Assembly (NCBI GenBank): GCA_016936155.1
Contig: JAFGPO010000032.1
Coordinates: 1 to 54,460, forward strand
DNA: 54,460 bases
Source of the DNA: a candidate division WOR-3 bacterium
GTDB taxonomy: Bacteria; Hydrothermota; Tepidihabitantia; SM23-42
Direction of reading: 5' to 3'
Program-made: the position numbers and the translations under genes
Notes under the pieces: model-generated
Database searches by the model: none
The model's input: the letters and a program-made list of their open reading frames with translations, nothing else
Told to the model about the DNA's origin: nothing
In this document: positions 19,134 to 29,993 of the stretch, piece by piece
Layout: each line of letters opens with the position of its first letter
Numbering within the stretch: position 1 is the first letter of the stretch

Positions 19134-21572
19134 CTACACAACGATATTGAGTAGTTTATTTGGCACGTAGATCGTCTTTTTAATGGGAGTATCCTGCAGG
19201 TGACGCTGGATCCTGCTGTCTTCCAGAGCAAGTTGTTTTACCCTTTGTTCAGTGATCTCTCCGGACAATTCAAGATGCGACCGCACTTTGCCGTTGATCT
19301 GAATAACGATGGTCGTGATCAGATCCTGGAGCATCCGGGAGCTGTAGGTTGGCCACGGGCGGGAAAACAGGCTGCCTTTTTGTCCGATGAGCGACCAGAG
19401 TTCATCAGCGATGTGGGGGGCAAAGGGCGAGAGGAGATCGATCAAAACCGCTATTCCGTATCCAAAGACGGTTCCCTGCATAGTACACGCGTAAAGATCG
19501 TTCAGGAGCTCCCAGAGCGCAGCGATCGCGGTGTTGAACTTGAACGAGTCACAGTCATTGGTCACCTTTGCGATCGTTTGGTGGATCTTCCTCATGAGAG
19601 GTTCTTCTTCTGGCGCGCAGGCAGAGGGCATTTTTACGATCACCCTGGCGCAATTATCAATAACGAGCCGGTATATCCGGTTCAGAAAACGCTCGGATCC
19701 GGTCACGCCCTCATCGGTCCATTCACTTTCACGCTCCGGTGGTGCTGCGGACACAACCGTGAGTCTTGCAACATCCGCGCCATGATCATCGATGAATTGA
19801 CGCACGGGTACGAGATTACCTTTTGAGGAAGACATCTTTACGCCGTCCTTCATGAGCATCCCGAGGTTGAAAAGGTTTTTCGCAGGCTCCTCAACCGACA
19901 CGAAACCGGCATCGAAAAGTACTTTCGTAAAGAATCGGAAATATATGAGGTGACCGGTTGCGTGCTCGCTCGAACCGCCTATGTACTGGTCGATCGGAAG
20001 CCATTGATCAGCCTTTTCTTTCCGGCAGAATGCACCGTCGTTGTGCGGGTCGAGGTAACGCAGAAAATACCACGACGAGCAGACAAAGGTGTCCATGGTG
20101 TCCGGATCGCGTTGTGCTGCGCCACCGCATTCGGGACATGTCGTATTGATGAAACTCTCAACCCCAGCAAGGGGTGATTTCCCCCTGGGCATATAATCAT
20201 GGATGTCCTTGGGGAGCAGAACTGGAAGGTCCTTTATCAATACCGGGACCATACCGCATTTATTGCAGTGGATGATCGGGATCGGTGCTCCCCAGTAACG
20301 CTGGCGCGATATAAGCCAGTCTTTTAAGCGATAATTCACGCTTGGCCCGCCAATGCCACGCTCCGCGCAGTGGTCGGTAACTGCCTGAATGCCTTTTTCA
20401 GAGCCCAGACCGTTGAACTCCCCGGAGTTCGCCATAATGCCTGGATCTTCGTACGCGTGGTCCATGGTCGTTGCATCCAGGGTGGTATCACATGGTTGTA
20501 TGACAACGCGTATCGGCAAACTATATTTTTTCGCAAATTGAAAATCCCGTTCATCGTGCGCCGGCACTCCCATGACCACACCGCTGCCGTACTCAAGGAG
20601 GACGTAGTCGGCGACATAAATCGGGATCTTTTCTTTATTGATCGGATTGACCGCATACGCACCGGTGAACACGCCGTCCTTTTCCTTCTCCGCGCGCTCG
20701 ATCGCGGTCCGGAGGGTTGCTGCCCTGACATACGATCGGACCGCTTCCCTGTTCACATTATCCCGGATCAATTCTTCGATGGCCGCGTGTTCGGGCGCGA
20801 TGGAGATAAAGGTTACGCCGTATATCGTATCCGGCCGGGTCGTAAATACGTCGAAGGATATGGCCCGATCCACGACCTGGAATGCGATCGTGCACCCTTC
20901 GCTTCGTCCGATCCAACCCCGCTGGATTGTTTTAATATTTTCCTGCCAGCCTTCCAGCGTATCGAGACCATCCAGCAAGCGGTCCGCGTAATCAGTGATC
21001 TTGAAGAACCACTGGTTCAGCTTACGCTTTGATACCGGGGTTTCGCAGCGATAGCACCGTTCCTCGCTCACCTGTTCGTTCGCAAGCACGGTCTGACAGC
21101 TCGGACACCAGTTCACATATGCTTCTTTCTTATATGCGAGCCCTCGTTCGTAGAGCAGCAAGAACATCCACTGTGTCCATTTGTAGTAGTCAGGGAGACA
21201 TGTGTTGATCTCTCTGTCCCAGTCATAGCTGATCCCGAGCAATTGGAATGATTCCTTGGAGATTGCGATATTCTGAAGGGTGGACATTTCTGGATGGATA
21301 CCCAGTTTAATCGCGCGGTTTTCAGCCGGAAGACCGAATGCGTCCCACCCGAACGGATGCAGCACGTCATAGCCGGATCTCCGCTGGAACCGGGCATAGA
21401 CATCCCCGATAACGTAATTCTTACAGTGTCCAAGATGGAGATCCCCGGACGGGTAGGCGAACATCTCGAGCGTATAGAATTTTTTCTTTGGTGAAGCCGC
21501 AGTTTTAAAAAGACCGTTTTTTTGCCAGTGCTCCTGCCATTTTTTTTCGATCGCTCGATGATCGTATATCAT
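19134..21572 (-). CDS. leuS: leucine--tRNA ligase
   Basis: MFAYPSGDLHLGH, GWDAFGLPAEN, FTTRPDT, WLISRQRYWG, KMSSSKGN. Confidence 0.97.
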   Translation of the reverse strand: MIYDHRAIEKKWQEHWQKNGLFKTAASPKKKFYTLEMFAYPSGDLHLGHCKNYVIGDVYARFQRRSGYDVLHPFGWDAFGLPAENRAIKLGIHPEMSTLQNIAISKESFQLLGISYDWDREINTCLPDYYKWTQWMFLLLYERGLAYKKEAYVNWCPSCQTVLANEQVSEERCYRCETPVSKRKLNQWFFKITDYADRLLDGLDTLEGWQENIKTIQRGWIGRSEGCTIAFQVVDRAISFDVFTTRPDTIYGVTFISIAPEHAAIEELIRDNVNREAVRSYVRAATLRTAIERAEKEKDGVFTGAYAVNPINKEKIPIYVADYVLLEYGSGVVMGVPAHDERDFQFAKKYSLPIRVVIQPCDTTLDATTMDHAYEDPGIMANSGEFNGLGSEKGIQAVTDHCAERGIGGPSVNYRLKDWLISRQRYWGAPIPIIHCNKCGMVPVLIKDLPVLLPKDIHDYMPRGKSPLAGVESFINTTCPECGGAAQRDPDTMDTFVCSSWYFLRYLDPHNDGAFCRKEKADQWLPIDQYIGGSSEHATGHLIYFRFFTKVLFDAGFVSVEEPAKNLFNLGMLMKDGVKMSSSKGNLVPVRQFIDDHGADVARLTVVSAAPPERESEWTDEGVTGSERFLNRIYRLVIDNCARVIVKMPSACAPEEEPLMRKIHQTIAKVTNDCDSFKFNTAIAALWELLNDLYACTMQGTVFGYGIAVLIDLLSPFAPHIADELWSLIGQKGSLFSRPWPTYSSRMLQDLITTIVIQINGKVRSHLELSGEITEQRVKQLALEDSRIQRHLQDTPIKKTIYVPNKLLNIVV

Positions 21573-21605
21573 GGTAGTATAAAAGGTCTGAGGGCTGCCG
21601 TGTGT

Positions 21606-22433
21606 CTATGATATTGGCGAGTCAAGGATCTCCGCGCCGCACTTTTCGCAGTACCACGAGTCTGGAGTATTCAGATGCCCGCACTTAGGGCAGGCAATGC
21701 TTTTGTCTTTTTCCGTGCTCGGGGCAGGTGCGGCTTCTTTTGGAGCTTCTTCGCTCGGTGCTTCTTCAGACGGTTCTTCAGGTGCCTGTGCGATCGCTTC
21801 TTCCTCGACGATCAGTTCCTCGAGTTTCGTGTCCTCGTCCGGCAGTTTTTCCTCGAGGATATGTTCCTCTATTTGTATGCTGTCAGTAGCCTCTTCAGGC
21901 GCCGCTTCTTTTATCGGTTCCAGTGCTGCGTCCACGATGTCCTCGGCCGGTTCCTCAGATGCAGGTTCAGGGGCCAGTGCAGGAACGGGTTCAGGTTCAG
22001 GAGCCAGCGAAGTATCGGCGACATTGATGAAATTTCCGAGCCACGACTTCCGGTCGTTCAGTGATTTCATGCTATCTTTCACTGCCTTGAGTTTCGATTC
22101 ATGTTCTTGTTTTATCGTGTTATAGTCTTCTTCCGAGTACTCGCCGATCGTATAACGAAGTTCTATTTCTTCCAGATGCATGTTGAGCTGTTTTTCCGAT
22201 TCAACGGCTGTTTGTTCTTCTTGATTGATTTCGGTAAGCTGCTCCTTGATGAGGTCGATGTGTTCAGACATTTTGCCGTCGAGTGCTTTTAGCTTGTCTT
22301 CATATTCGGTTCTGACCTTTTCATACACTTCGGTACTGACCGTATGCTTCTTATCTTCGATCTTCTTAAGTTTCGTGACAATATCGCCACGCTGAACTTC
22401 GATATCCTTCAACTCTTGTAATCTATCATCCAT
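21606..22433 (-). CDS. coiled-coil protein with acidic Pro/Ala linker and C-terminal zinc ribbon (CdvA-like coiled coil)
   Basis: Heptad region with VSTEVYEKVRTEY and LRYTIGEYSEEDY; CPKCG...YCEKCG; start at ATG 22433 after AAGGAG. Confidence 0.75.
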   Translation of the reverse strand: MDDRLQELKDIEVQRGDIVTKLKKIEDKKHTVSTEVYEKVRTEYEDKLKALDGKMSEHIDLIKEQLTEINQEEQTAVESEKQLNMHLEEIELRYTIGEYSEEDYNTIKQEHESKLKAVKDSMKSLNDRKSWLGNFINVADTSLAPEPEPVPALAPEPASEEPAEDIVDAALEPIKEAAPEEATDSIQIEEHILEEKLPDEDTKLEELIVEEEAIAQAPEEPSEEAPSEEAPKEAAPAPSTEKDKSIACPKCGHLNTPDSWYCEKCGAEILDSPIS

Positions 22434-23364
22434 ATACTGCTCCTTTCCTGAAAACTCGGGCATTTCTTAGGAAAAAGAGTTCCAATCTTGCGGTTGAGAA
22501 CTGAGAACCGATCTTGACGCTCCGATCCAGGTCAGCGACTTCATCGAGTATCGTGCGCAGGATTCTGGCGGTGCGCAGCACAGAGTATGCCTGCTGTGCT
22601 TGGTTCATGATCCCCCAGGCAAGTGCACCTACGATCTCTGTATAGTCACGCAGGTAGGGCTGTAGTTCATTAAATAGCACGATCGTTCGTGTTTTACCTT
22701 TTAGGAATCCGTCGATCATCTGGTAAACATTATAATCACACAACCCTTTTGCCAGATCCTGAATGTGTTCATGGCTTATACTGGAGGTTTCGGCAAGATA
22801 GTTCTCGATCTTTTCAAATTCATTTTTAAGACCGGTGATGTCATTGATGAATTGATCTTCCAGGTATCGCATCATCGCGGTGGAGAGGGGCAGTTTGTCC
22901 TTTTTTACCTTCGCAGCGATCCAGTTGCGCACTTGGTGTTTATCTGTCCGGTACGTGACACATTGGGCATTCAAGAACAATTCTTGCAATTTTTTTTCCG
23001 TTGATTTGGTCTTTCGGTCGTCTTTTGACAGGACGTACGTCATGACCAGGCAATTTTTAGTCCCGGTCCGATTTATTACTTTAGCAAATTCAACGAGGTC
23101 CTTTTGATTGAGCTCCTCCAGGTTCTTGGCTAGGACAAATCTTCGTGGGGATGCGAACGCCATGCTGTATAGTTTCGAGAGGACGTCGTCGAGCGGGGTT
23201 TCGGGTAAAGAGAAGGTGTCATGATCGAATGATCTGTCGATATGCAATTGGTCTTCGATCGTCTGGATCGTTCGTTCCATGATCAGCGGTTCAGAGCCAA
23301 GCAGGAGGTATTGGGAACGTATGTCCCCATTTTTTACACTTTCGCGTACATCGCTATCATCCAT
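22426..23364 (-). CDS. holA: DNA polymerase III delta subunit
   Basis: YLLLGSE, SMAFASPRRFVL, LKNEFEKI; size and position next to leuS; start at ATG 23364. Confidence 0.8.
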   Translation of the reverse strand: MDDSDVRESVKNGDIRSQYLLLGSEPLIMERTIQTIEDQLHIDRSFDHDTFSLPETPLDDVLSKLYSMAFASPRRFVLAKNLEELNQKDLVEFAKVINRTGTKNCLVMTYVLSKDDRKTKSTEKKLQELFLNAQCVTYRTDKHQVRNWIAAKVKKDKLPLSTAMMRYLEDQFINDITGLKNEFEKIENYLAETSSISHEHIQDLAKGLCDYNVYQMIDGFLKGKTRTIVLFNELQPYLRDYTEIVGALAWGIMNQAQQAYSVLRTARILRTILDEVADLDRSVKIGSQFSTARLELFFLRNARVFRKGAVYG

Positions 23365-23369
23365 ATGGT

Positions 23370-23397
23370 ATTGTACATATAATGCAAAAACTGTCAA
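23370..23397 (-). promoter_or_regulatory. sigma70-type promoter, leaderless (holA operon)
   Basis: TTGACA-16-TACAAT-5-ATG. Confidence 0.75.
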
Positions 23398-23472
23398 GAG
23401 AAGACCCCGGGATTTCCGTGAAAAATCAAACTGTATATACGGTCTCTACTGAAGTACTATGCTGCACTCCGG

Positions 23473-24642
23473 TCATTGCCATACACCGCTGATCCGGGTA
23501 CTGCAAAACGAACAGTTATTTTCTTTGATCGCGACCCTGGAGATAGTGTAGCCTTTCCGTTCGATGATCTTCTTGCCGCAATGGGGACAGAATGTGTTTT
23601 CCTCATCAACGTCCGGAACATTGCCGATATAGGTATACAGGAGTCCGGCAGCACGAGCGATCGCAGCCGCGTTCTTAAGGGTCGATACCGGCGTTGGCGG
23701 GAGATTCTGGATCTTGTACTGGGGATAGAACCGGGAAAAATGTACCGGCGTGTCCGGTCCCAGTTCTCGGTTGATCCATTGACACAGATCCTTGATCATG
23801 TCTGCACTGTCGTTTCTGGTCGGGATGATCAAATTCGTGATCTCGAGCCAGACGCCGTGTTCTTTCAGATTTTTAAGCGTTTCAAGGACAGGCGACAGTG
23901 TTCCCCCGGTGATCGATGCATAGAAGTCGTCGCTCATTGCCTTGAGATCAACGTTCGCGCCGTCCAGGTAGGGTGCCAGTTCCCTGAGCGGTTCCGGGTT
24001 GATGTAGCCGTTCGAATGGTAGACATTCCGGATGCCGAGCGCTCGAGCTTTTTTAGCCGTTGCCAGCATATACTCGAAGAATACGGTTGGTTCCGTATAG
24101 GTGTAGGCGATCGTCGGTGTTGCGTTGTGCTGCGCCAGCTGGGCGATCGCGGCAGGGGTGAGATGGTAGTTATACGTTTCATCGGGCTGCGCCTGTGATA
24201 TATCCCAGTTCTGACAGTTCTTGCACGTGAAGTTACATCCCGCAGTAGCGAGTGAAAGTACGGTGGTGCCCGGAAGGAAGTGATAGAGAGGTTTTTTCTC
24301 GATCGGATCGATATGGATTGCGCAGGGATTCGCATATGCCAGAGTGTAGTACGTGCCGTCACGGTTCTCACGGACCCGGCAGAAGCCGCGCCCACTTTTT
24401 GGGACCGTGCAGAAGCGCGGGCACAGCGAACATCGCACCTTCTGTTCTGGCAGTTGTTCATAGTACAGTGCTTCAACCGGTTGGGTGAACCCGATGCTGC
24501 CCTCTTGCGCATGCGCGGTCTGGAGCAGGTGGGGGATGACCGCACTGCTCAACGTGAGAATGCCGCAGGTCTTCAGGAAATCACGGCGTGAAATAACCCG
24601 TTCGAAGAAAAGGTCCATGCTATGGTTTTGACGCGGCGCCAT
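23473..24642 (-). CDS. amrS: AmmeMemoRadiSam-system radical SAM enzyme
   Basis: CSLCPRFC...GFCRVR, DPIEKKPLYHF, GCNFTCKNCQNWDISQ, YTYTEP, HFSRFYP, YIGNV; N-terminal SRRDFLK. Confidence 0.92.
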   Translation of the reverse strand: MAPRQNHSMDLFFERVISRRDFLKTCGILTLSSAVIPHLLQTAHAQEGSIGFTQPVEALYYEQLPEQKVRCSLCPRFCTVPKSGRGFCRVRENRDGTYYTLAYANPCAIHIDPIEKKPLYHFLPGTTVLSLATAGCNFTCKNCQNWDISQAQPDETYNYHLTPAAIAQLAQHNATPTIAYTYTEPTVFFEYMLATAKKARALGIRNVYHSNGYINPEPLRELAPYLDGANVDLKAMSDDFYASITGGTLSPVLETLKNLKEHGVWLEITNLIIPTRNDSADMIKDLCQWINRELGPDTPVHFSRFYPQYKIQNLPPTPVSTLKNAAAIARAAGLLYTYIGNVPDVDEENTFCPHCGKKIIERKGYTISRVAIKENNCSFCSTRISGVWQ

Positions 24643-24669
24643 GCAACAGGTTTACTCCGGGTGCGTTGA

Positions 24670-25092
24670 TCAGTGGATATCAAGCAGGTGCAAACCAGCG
24701 GCACGGTTCAGCCGGCGTTTGAGCGCTGGCGAGAACGGCATCAGCAGGATCTCCATGGTCGCCGGGATCGTCGCCTGGAACAAGTGACCCCCACAGGCAT
24801 TGAATTGGTCGTCCGTGATCGTGACATGACAGTGGATAACAATCTCTTTTTTCTCGCGCGATATATTGCCTGAGAAACTGGTCAATTCATATTCGCCCTT
24901 GAATGCTTTTTTGATGTACGTTTTTTTTGGCGCATTGAAATAACCGAGCACTGGATCCTTGGCAACGCCAAGACCGAAGAAAAAAGCGCTGCGCAGCGAT
25001 TTTTTTTGAGCGGCGGTCGTCAGTGCAGCGATGATTTCTTCACCTTTTTCCAGCCGTGCGACATAGTATTTCCCGTATTTCGCGATTTTCAT
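24670..25092 (-). CDS. PPC/DUF296 domain protein
   Basis: [27 protein letters not shown]. Confidence 0.9.
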   Translation of the reverse strand: MKIAKYGKYYVARLEKGEEIIAALTTAAQKKSLRSAFFFGLGVAKDPVLGYFNAPKKTYIKKAFKGEYELTSFSGNISREKKEIVIHCHVTITDDQFNACGGHLFQATIPATMEILLMPFSPALKRRLNRAAGLHLLDIH

Positions 25093-25109
25093 CTGACCCC
25101 CTTACGCTT

Positions 25110-25158
25110 AGTATACCTTTTTTTGCTGAATTGACAACCCATTTTATTCCACTATACT
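25110..25158. promoter_or_regulatory. back-to-back sigma70-type promoters with overlapping -35 elements
   Basis: Plus: TTGACA(25131)-16-TATACT-5-ATG(25164); minus: TTGTCA(25137-25132)-16-TATACT(25115-25110). Confidence 0.7.
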
Positions 25159-25163
25159 ATCAC

Positions 25164-26669
25164 ATGGAAGATACCATCCGGAAAATCGGACGCGAAGAAC
25201 TCGAGATCCTGTTCCAGATGACCAGTTCCCTCTCTTCCACGCTGGAGCTTTCCCGGATCCTTGATATCATCATCGAGAGCGCGAAGACCCTGCTCAAGGC
25301 AGAAGCCAGTTCCCTCTTGTTGCTCGATGAATCGACGAATGAACTGTATTTTGCAAGCGCGACCGGTGACGTGTCGGAACGGCTCAAAAATCTGACCGTA
25401 CCGCTTGACAAAGGTATTGCTGGTGCGTGCGTCAGGAGCGGACGTCCGCAGGTCGTTGATGATACCTTATCGAACCGGGAATTCTACCCGGGGATCGACA
25501 GGCGCACCGGATTCGAGACCCGTTCGATCATCGCCGCGCCTTTGATCATCAAAGGCAAGACGATCGGCGTGATCGAAGTCCTTAACAAGAAACATCACCG
25601 CTCCTGGAGCGATGCGGATAGAGAGATCATCATCATCATCGCGTTCCAGGCCGCGCAGGTCATTCAGAATGCGCAACTGCACCTTCGTCTTCAGGAACAA
25701 CAGGATCTGCTGCGCAATGAGATTGATTCCCGGTATGCGATCATTTCCGCAAGCAAGGAATTCCAGGAGGTGCTGGAACTGGCTGAGAAGGTAGCGGCAA
25801 GCACCTCCACGATATTGCTGCTTGGAGAGAACGGTACTGGCAAGGAATTGCTCGCGCGGTACGTGCACCGTCTGAGCAAGAGAAGGGAGGGACCGTTCAT
25901 CGCGGTCAATTGCGCGGCGATCCCGGCCACCTTGTTGGAAAGCGAGCTATTCGGTCATGAGAAGGGCGCATTCACCGGCGCCACGACTTTGCATCGGGGG
26001 CGTTTTGAACTTGCGCACCAGGGAACGATCTTTCTCGATGAAATCGGTGACCTTCCGCTGGAGACACAAACGAAAATGCTGCGGGTTCTGCAGGAGCGCG
26101 AATTCGAACGCCTGGGCGGGACCAAGCCGATCAAAGTCGATGTCCGCGTGATCGCCGCAACGAATCAGGATCTCCAGGAGAAGATCCAGCAGAAACTTTT
26201 CCGGGAGGATCTGTTCTACCGGTTGAACGTGTTCCCGATCCGTATTCCTCCCTTGCGTGAGCGCACCGACGATATTCCCCTCCTTGCCCAGCACTTCCTT
26301 GAAATATACGCACGGGAGATGAACACATCAGTGCACCGCATTGACAAGGATGTCATGGAAACGCTGCTTGCATACTCGTGGCCCGGCAATGTCCGCGAGC
26401 TTCAGAATGTGATCGAGCGCGCGATCGTGCTTGCGACCGGCGATTCGCTGGACCGGTCATGCTTCATGCTCCCGGTGGAGACCGCAAAACGAGCACTCCC
26501 TGACGGGCAGGGTCTGAAAGAAACGGTCGAAGCGTTCAAGATCAGTTATATCCAGAGCGTGATCGAAAAGTGCGGGGGCAATCAGAGGAAAGCGAGCAAG
26601 GTACTGAGGATCCAGCCGTCGTACCTTTCGCGGCTACTGGCAAAGTACCGCGATTCTGTTACCAGTTGA
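25164..26669 (+). CDS. GAF-domain sigma54-dependent transcriptional activator (NifA/FhlA-like)
   Basis: GAF (GIAG...TRSIIAAPL...IGVIEVLNK); [34 protein letters not shown]; start moved to ATG 25164. Confidence 0.95.
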   Translation: MEDTIRKIGREELEILFQMTSSLSSTLELSRILDIIIESAKTLLKAEASSLLLLDESTNELYFASATGDVSERLKNLTVPLDKGIAGACVRSGRPQVVDDTLSNREFYPGIDRRTGFETRSIIAAPLIIKGKTIGVIEVLNKKHHRSWSDADREIIIIIAFQAAQVIQNAQLHLRLQEQQDLLRNEIDSRYAIISASKEFQEVLELAEKVAASTSTILLLGENGTGKELLARYVHRLSKRREGPFIAVNCAAIPATLLESELFGHEKGAFTGATTLHRGRFELAHQGTIFLDEIGDLPLETQTKMLRVLQEREFERLGGTKPIKVDVRVIAATNQDLQEKIQQKLFREDLFYRLNVFPIRIPPLRERTDDIPLLAQHFLEIYAREMNTSVHRIDKDVMETLLAYSWPGNVRELQNVIERAIVLATGDSLDRSCFMLPVETAKRALPDGQGLKETVEAFKISYIQSVIEKCGGNQRKASKVLRIQPSYLSRLLAKYRDSVTS

Positions 26670-27207
26670 CGTAGTACGACACACCACCCCAGATCATTGT
26701 TACACCGTAGTACGGCGCAAGGCTGTGGTAGCGATACGTACAATCGATCGAGAGTGAGTTGCCTAGATAGAGACTCAAACCGGCAAATCCTGCACCGATG
26801 AATGTCGGCGTTGAGGTTTCAAGATAATCCTCCAGAACCCCGGCCTGGACTGCTTCGGTGAGCGAAAGGTCATTGTAAAAGAGGATCGTACCCGTAACGC
26901 CAAAATTCGGGACGATAGGGAAGCGGCCTAATCTTGGTCTAATAGTGATCCCAAGACCGACCCCGGCTGCTGAGGATGAATTGACCGGATCATTCAGGTA
27001 GGAGAGCGATGGCTCGATGAACACGTGGGGCAGAGCCTCGGCTTTCAGGGAGACTTCGCCGCCGTAGTACATTTCATTCAGGTGTTCCGGTGTGATCGAT
27101 CGGTAGTCATATGCAGGTTCATACTGAGTGCCGCCTGTCACACCGATGCCGAATGTACCGCCAAAAGCAAGGCATAGTGTTGTGACAAAAAAAGCAATGA
27201 CTTTCAT
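26659..27207 (-). CDS. outer-membrane beta-barrel protein (small, OmpA/OmpW-like), putative
   Basis: MK signal peptide, amphipathic beta strands, terminal aromatic residue (GGVSYYVNW); GAGGTGA RBS. Confidence 0.75.
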   Translation of the reverse strand: MKVIAFFVTTLCLAFGGTFGIGVTGGTQYEPAYDYRSITPEHLNEMYYGGEVSLKAEALPHVFIEPSLSYLNDPVNSSSAAGVGLGITIRPRLGRFPIVPNFGVTGTILFYNDLSLTEAVQAGVLEDYLETSTPTFIGAGFAGLSLYLGNSLSIDCTYRYHSLAPYYGVTMIWGGVSYYVNW

Positions 27208-27230
27208 AATTCACCTCTGTGTATATATGT

Positions 27231-27246
27231 CGCAATATCCATGCCA
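27231..27246 (-). promoter_or_regulatory. sigma54 (-24/-12) promoter
   Basis: Minus strand TGGCATGGATATTGCG, 14/16 identical to 771-786, 23 bp before the ATG at 27207. Confidence 0.8.
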
Positions 27247-27529
27247 ATGTTCGTGGTTTAATTCCCGAAAATACGGGCATTGATAGCAGAAGTATCAAAC
27301 GGTGTTATACAGAAAGATAACGCTCGGACAGAAGGATAATGAAAAATGACAGTAAAGCGTACTGCGTGGAGCGTAGGGCGTAAGGCGATAGGACGTCAAA
27401 TATTATATAACACCGCAAACCGTAGGCGCTACTTTTAAATTCCCTGCAATAACTAATAACCAATAACTCAATAACGGATCATTAATTACCCAATTAGCTG
27501 TTTGTGATTTGTAATTTGGAAATTGTTTA

Positions 27530-27628
27530 CCCCGTTAAACGGGAGTATAAAAGAAAAGACGCATTCCAGTGAGTTTTACGTTTCATCGTATTTGATACTT
27601 AATTTATAGTAAGTCATATTTAACGGGG
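27530..27628. mobile_element. 99-bp MITE-like element
   Basis: Terminal inverted repeats CCCCGTTAAA...TTTAACGGGG flanked on both sides by TTTA (4-bp target duplication). Confidence 0.7.
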
Positions 27629-27716
27629 TTTAGGATTTCGTGCTTCGGATTTTGGATTCAGAATATGAGGAAGTAGCGTTTAGCGCGTGACGCCTTACGC
27701 ATTACGGGTGTTCGTG

Positions 27717-28337
27717 TCAGTCGATCAGTCCCAGCCAGGGACCGAGGAGGAATTGCACGCGACCGATTAAAAGGCTTACCCGGGCCATGACCGTGTACCC
27801 GAATGAAGCGCCGAATCCGATCATGATGAAGATGATGCCGAGCCGGGCCGTTGGCTTGAGGATACCTTTGTGTTCTTTGGAAAAGTAGAAATAGACAAGC
27901 GTGCACACGACGCCGACCAGGCTGATGATCGCCCATACCCCCATGAGCGGATTTTTGAACGACATCGGCGTGATGACCGCGCCTTCGAGTTGTTTGTACA
28001 GGAATGCCTGGAAATACGCCGGGATGGAAATACCGGCTCCCCAGCCGATCATGAACCCGATTGGAATGCGCACGAGCCAGCCGATCCTGGGGATGAATCG
28101 GGTGAAATACATGAGTCCCAGGAGCAAAGGGAAGATATTGAGGATCTGTCCGGCAGCGAGCGGTTCAAAGAGATTTGGCCACAAAGCGTTATGCCAGTAG
28201 TACACGATATAGTAACCGTTCGCGATGCCGACAAAGAGGTGCTCGGCGAATTTGTAAAAGGGATTATCCCTGAACAGAAAAGAAAAGATCATCAATGTGA
28301 GAATCGCCGCGATCCAGGTCCAGGGATCAGTGCTCAT
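27717..28337 (-). CDS. conserved-looking integral membrane protein (gene 4 of membrane operon)
   Basis: About 6 TM segments; FSFLFRDNPFYKFAEHLFVG; FGASFGYTVMARVSLLIGR; GGAGG RBS. Confidence 0.85.
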   Translation of the reverse strand: MSTDPWTWIAAILTLMIFSFLFRDNPFYKFAEHLFVGIANGYYIVYYWHNALWPNLFEPLAAGQILNIFPLLLGLMYFTRFIPRIGWLVRIPIGFMIGWGAGISIPAYFQAFLYKQLEGAVITPMSFKNPLMGVWAIISLVGVVCTLVYFYFSKEHKGILKPTARLGIIFIMIGFGASFGYTVMARVSLLIGRVQFLLGPWLGLID

Positions 28338-28506
28338 ATTTTTCCTCCGGAAAAATTGATGGCAGCGATTACAGAAAAATCGCAGAGATATTTCTTCCTG
28401 CGGAAGAAATCGATTACCCCGTACAAACTTCGTTCTCCGGGGTCTCTCACTTCGTTCGAGATCTTCGACAAGCGGTGATTTAAAAAGAATGATTTCAGTG
28501 ATAAAT

Positions 28507-29373
28507 TCATTGTTTTTTCCTTGAGAAGAAGTAGCCGATGTTGCCGAGGATGATAAAAATAATAATGAGGATGTGGATCAATGATTGCGAGTTCATGCCC
28601 GTATCCGCCCGGCCCAAATTTTTCGCATATCCATATTGGAGGATGAGACTTTCATATTCAGCCGCACCCTTCATCCCGGACAAAAGACCTGATAACTGTC
28701 CGGTCTGCAGGAACGGGTAGTATTTTGGTGACATGACCGCGGTCAATCCTGCACCAACTTTGACCCCGTACCGTGCCTGAGGATAGAGTATCCAATCCTG
28801 TGGATAGTCAGCACCGGCAATGACGATGGCGATCGATACATTCTTGTAGTTCCTGATCCGCTGCATGAGCGGAAATGAGTCGATCGATGCTCCGTAATAG
28901 TCCCGCGGGAATACGTCCGCAATATTCTCGCCCATTTGCAGTTCCGCCGCGATTCGACCTGATTTCCAGCCCAGATACACGTAGTCTGTACCGTAGATCA
29001 CGGAATCCCCACGGGTCAAGGCGCTGCTGTTTATTTCTAGAGTGACCGTTGCGAAGGCATCAACCGCGAGGCCCGGCGCTTGAGGATCGAACGACATCCC
29101 GATCACCGGGATATTTTTCATGAAGCAGTGTTTTAAGATCGCGATCGCCATCGGATGGGTTTCCGGCATGGTTTGAGGGGTATAGTCCAGGCAGAGGATC
29201 ACTGCCTTGTCATGAGGCGGCAGCGCCTCGATAAAATCGAACAAGCGCTGGGTCTGGGGCATGATGTTCTGCTTCATGGTAAAGGGTATGAAAAACGGGA
29301 TGATAACGAGGACGCTCAAGGTGATATAAATGATACGGCGGTCGATCGAGGAAATTCTCTCATGCCACTTCAT
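28507..29373 (-). CDS. membrane-anchored alpha/beta protein (gene 3 of membrane operon)
   Basis: N- and C-terminal TM; [29 protein letters not shown]; ATGA coupling. Confidence 0.85.
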   Translation of the reverse strand: MKWHERISSIDRRIIYITLSVLVIIPFFIPFTMKQNIMPQTQRLFDFIEALPPHDKAVILCLDYTPQTMPETHPMAIAILKHCFMKNIPVIGMSFDPQAPGLAVDAFATVTLEINSSALTRGDSVIYGTDYVYLGWKSGRIAAELQMGENIADVFPRDYYGASIDSFPLMQRIRNYKNVSIAIVIAGADYPQDWILYPQARYGVKVGAGLTAVMSPKYYPFLQTGQLSGLLSGMKGAAEYESLILQYGYAKNLGRADTGMNSQSLIHILIIIFIILGNIGYFFSRKKQ

Positions 29374-29993
29374 TCTTTACCACCCAGCCATGAACGCTCG
29401 ATCCCTAAAATAATCTTCATCGCGGTCGCGATCGCGCCGAACGCGATCCCGAAGAGGATGCCGCGCTGCGATGCCATGTTCGGCACCTGCATGATCCACT
29501 CGGCGAATGCAGGGAGCCGGGGATGGATAAAGCGCGCGAACGGCATGAAACCGATCATCACGATGAACGCTGAGATCAAAAGCAGGGTTGCCTCGAGACT
29601 GCGCGCTTTGAAAGCACGGTAGGCCGCCGATGTCATGTAATACGCAAGCAGGGCGAACATTGAAGCGCTTAGGGGAGCAAAGACGTTCAGGTAGATCCTT
29701 TGATACAGGGATGCAGGATCGATGCCCCAGAAAAGACCGATAACCGCCATTGCAGTCATGCTCGATAAGGTAACTATGCTGTACGGCCAGTTTTCCTTCC
29801 GTGTTTTTATCTTGATGCTATGGTGGCGGATCAGATTCCCGATCGCAAGCACAAGGGCGAATGCCATGAGCGCGATCACCCAGTTGTAGATCGTACTGCT
29901 GAACGCGAGGGATACCGGATGCGGAATGAAGAACTGGACGATCATCACAATGCCCATGAGAAAGCAGATCGCAAGCGGTATCTTTCTCTTCAT
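29370..29993 (-). CDS. integral membrane protein (gene 2 of membrane operon)
   Basis: About 6 TM segments; [30 protein letters not shown]; ATGA coupling. Confidence 0.85.
   Translation of the reverse strand: MKRKIPLAICFLMGIVMIVQFFIPHPVSLAFSSTIYNWVIALMAFALVLAIGNLIRHHSIKIKTRKENWPYSIVTLSSMTAMAVIGLFWGIDPASLYQRIYLNVFAPLSASMFALLAYYMTSAAYRAFKARSLEATLLLISAFIVMIGFMPFARFIHPRLPAFAEWIMQVPNMASQRGILFGIAFGAIATAMKIILGIERSWLGGKE

Noticed and set aside
21573-21608. Leaderless promoter for leuS
   Set aside because: TATACT lies only 3 nt from the ATG and no correctly spaced -35 was found; leuS is probably read from the holA promoter.
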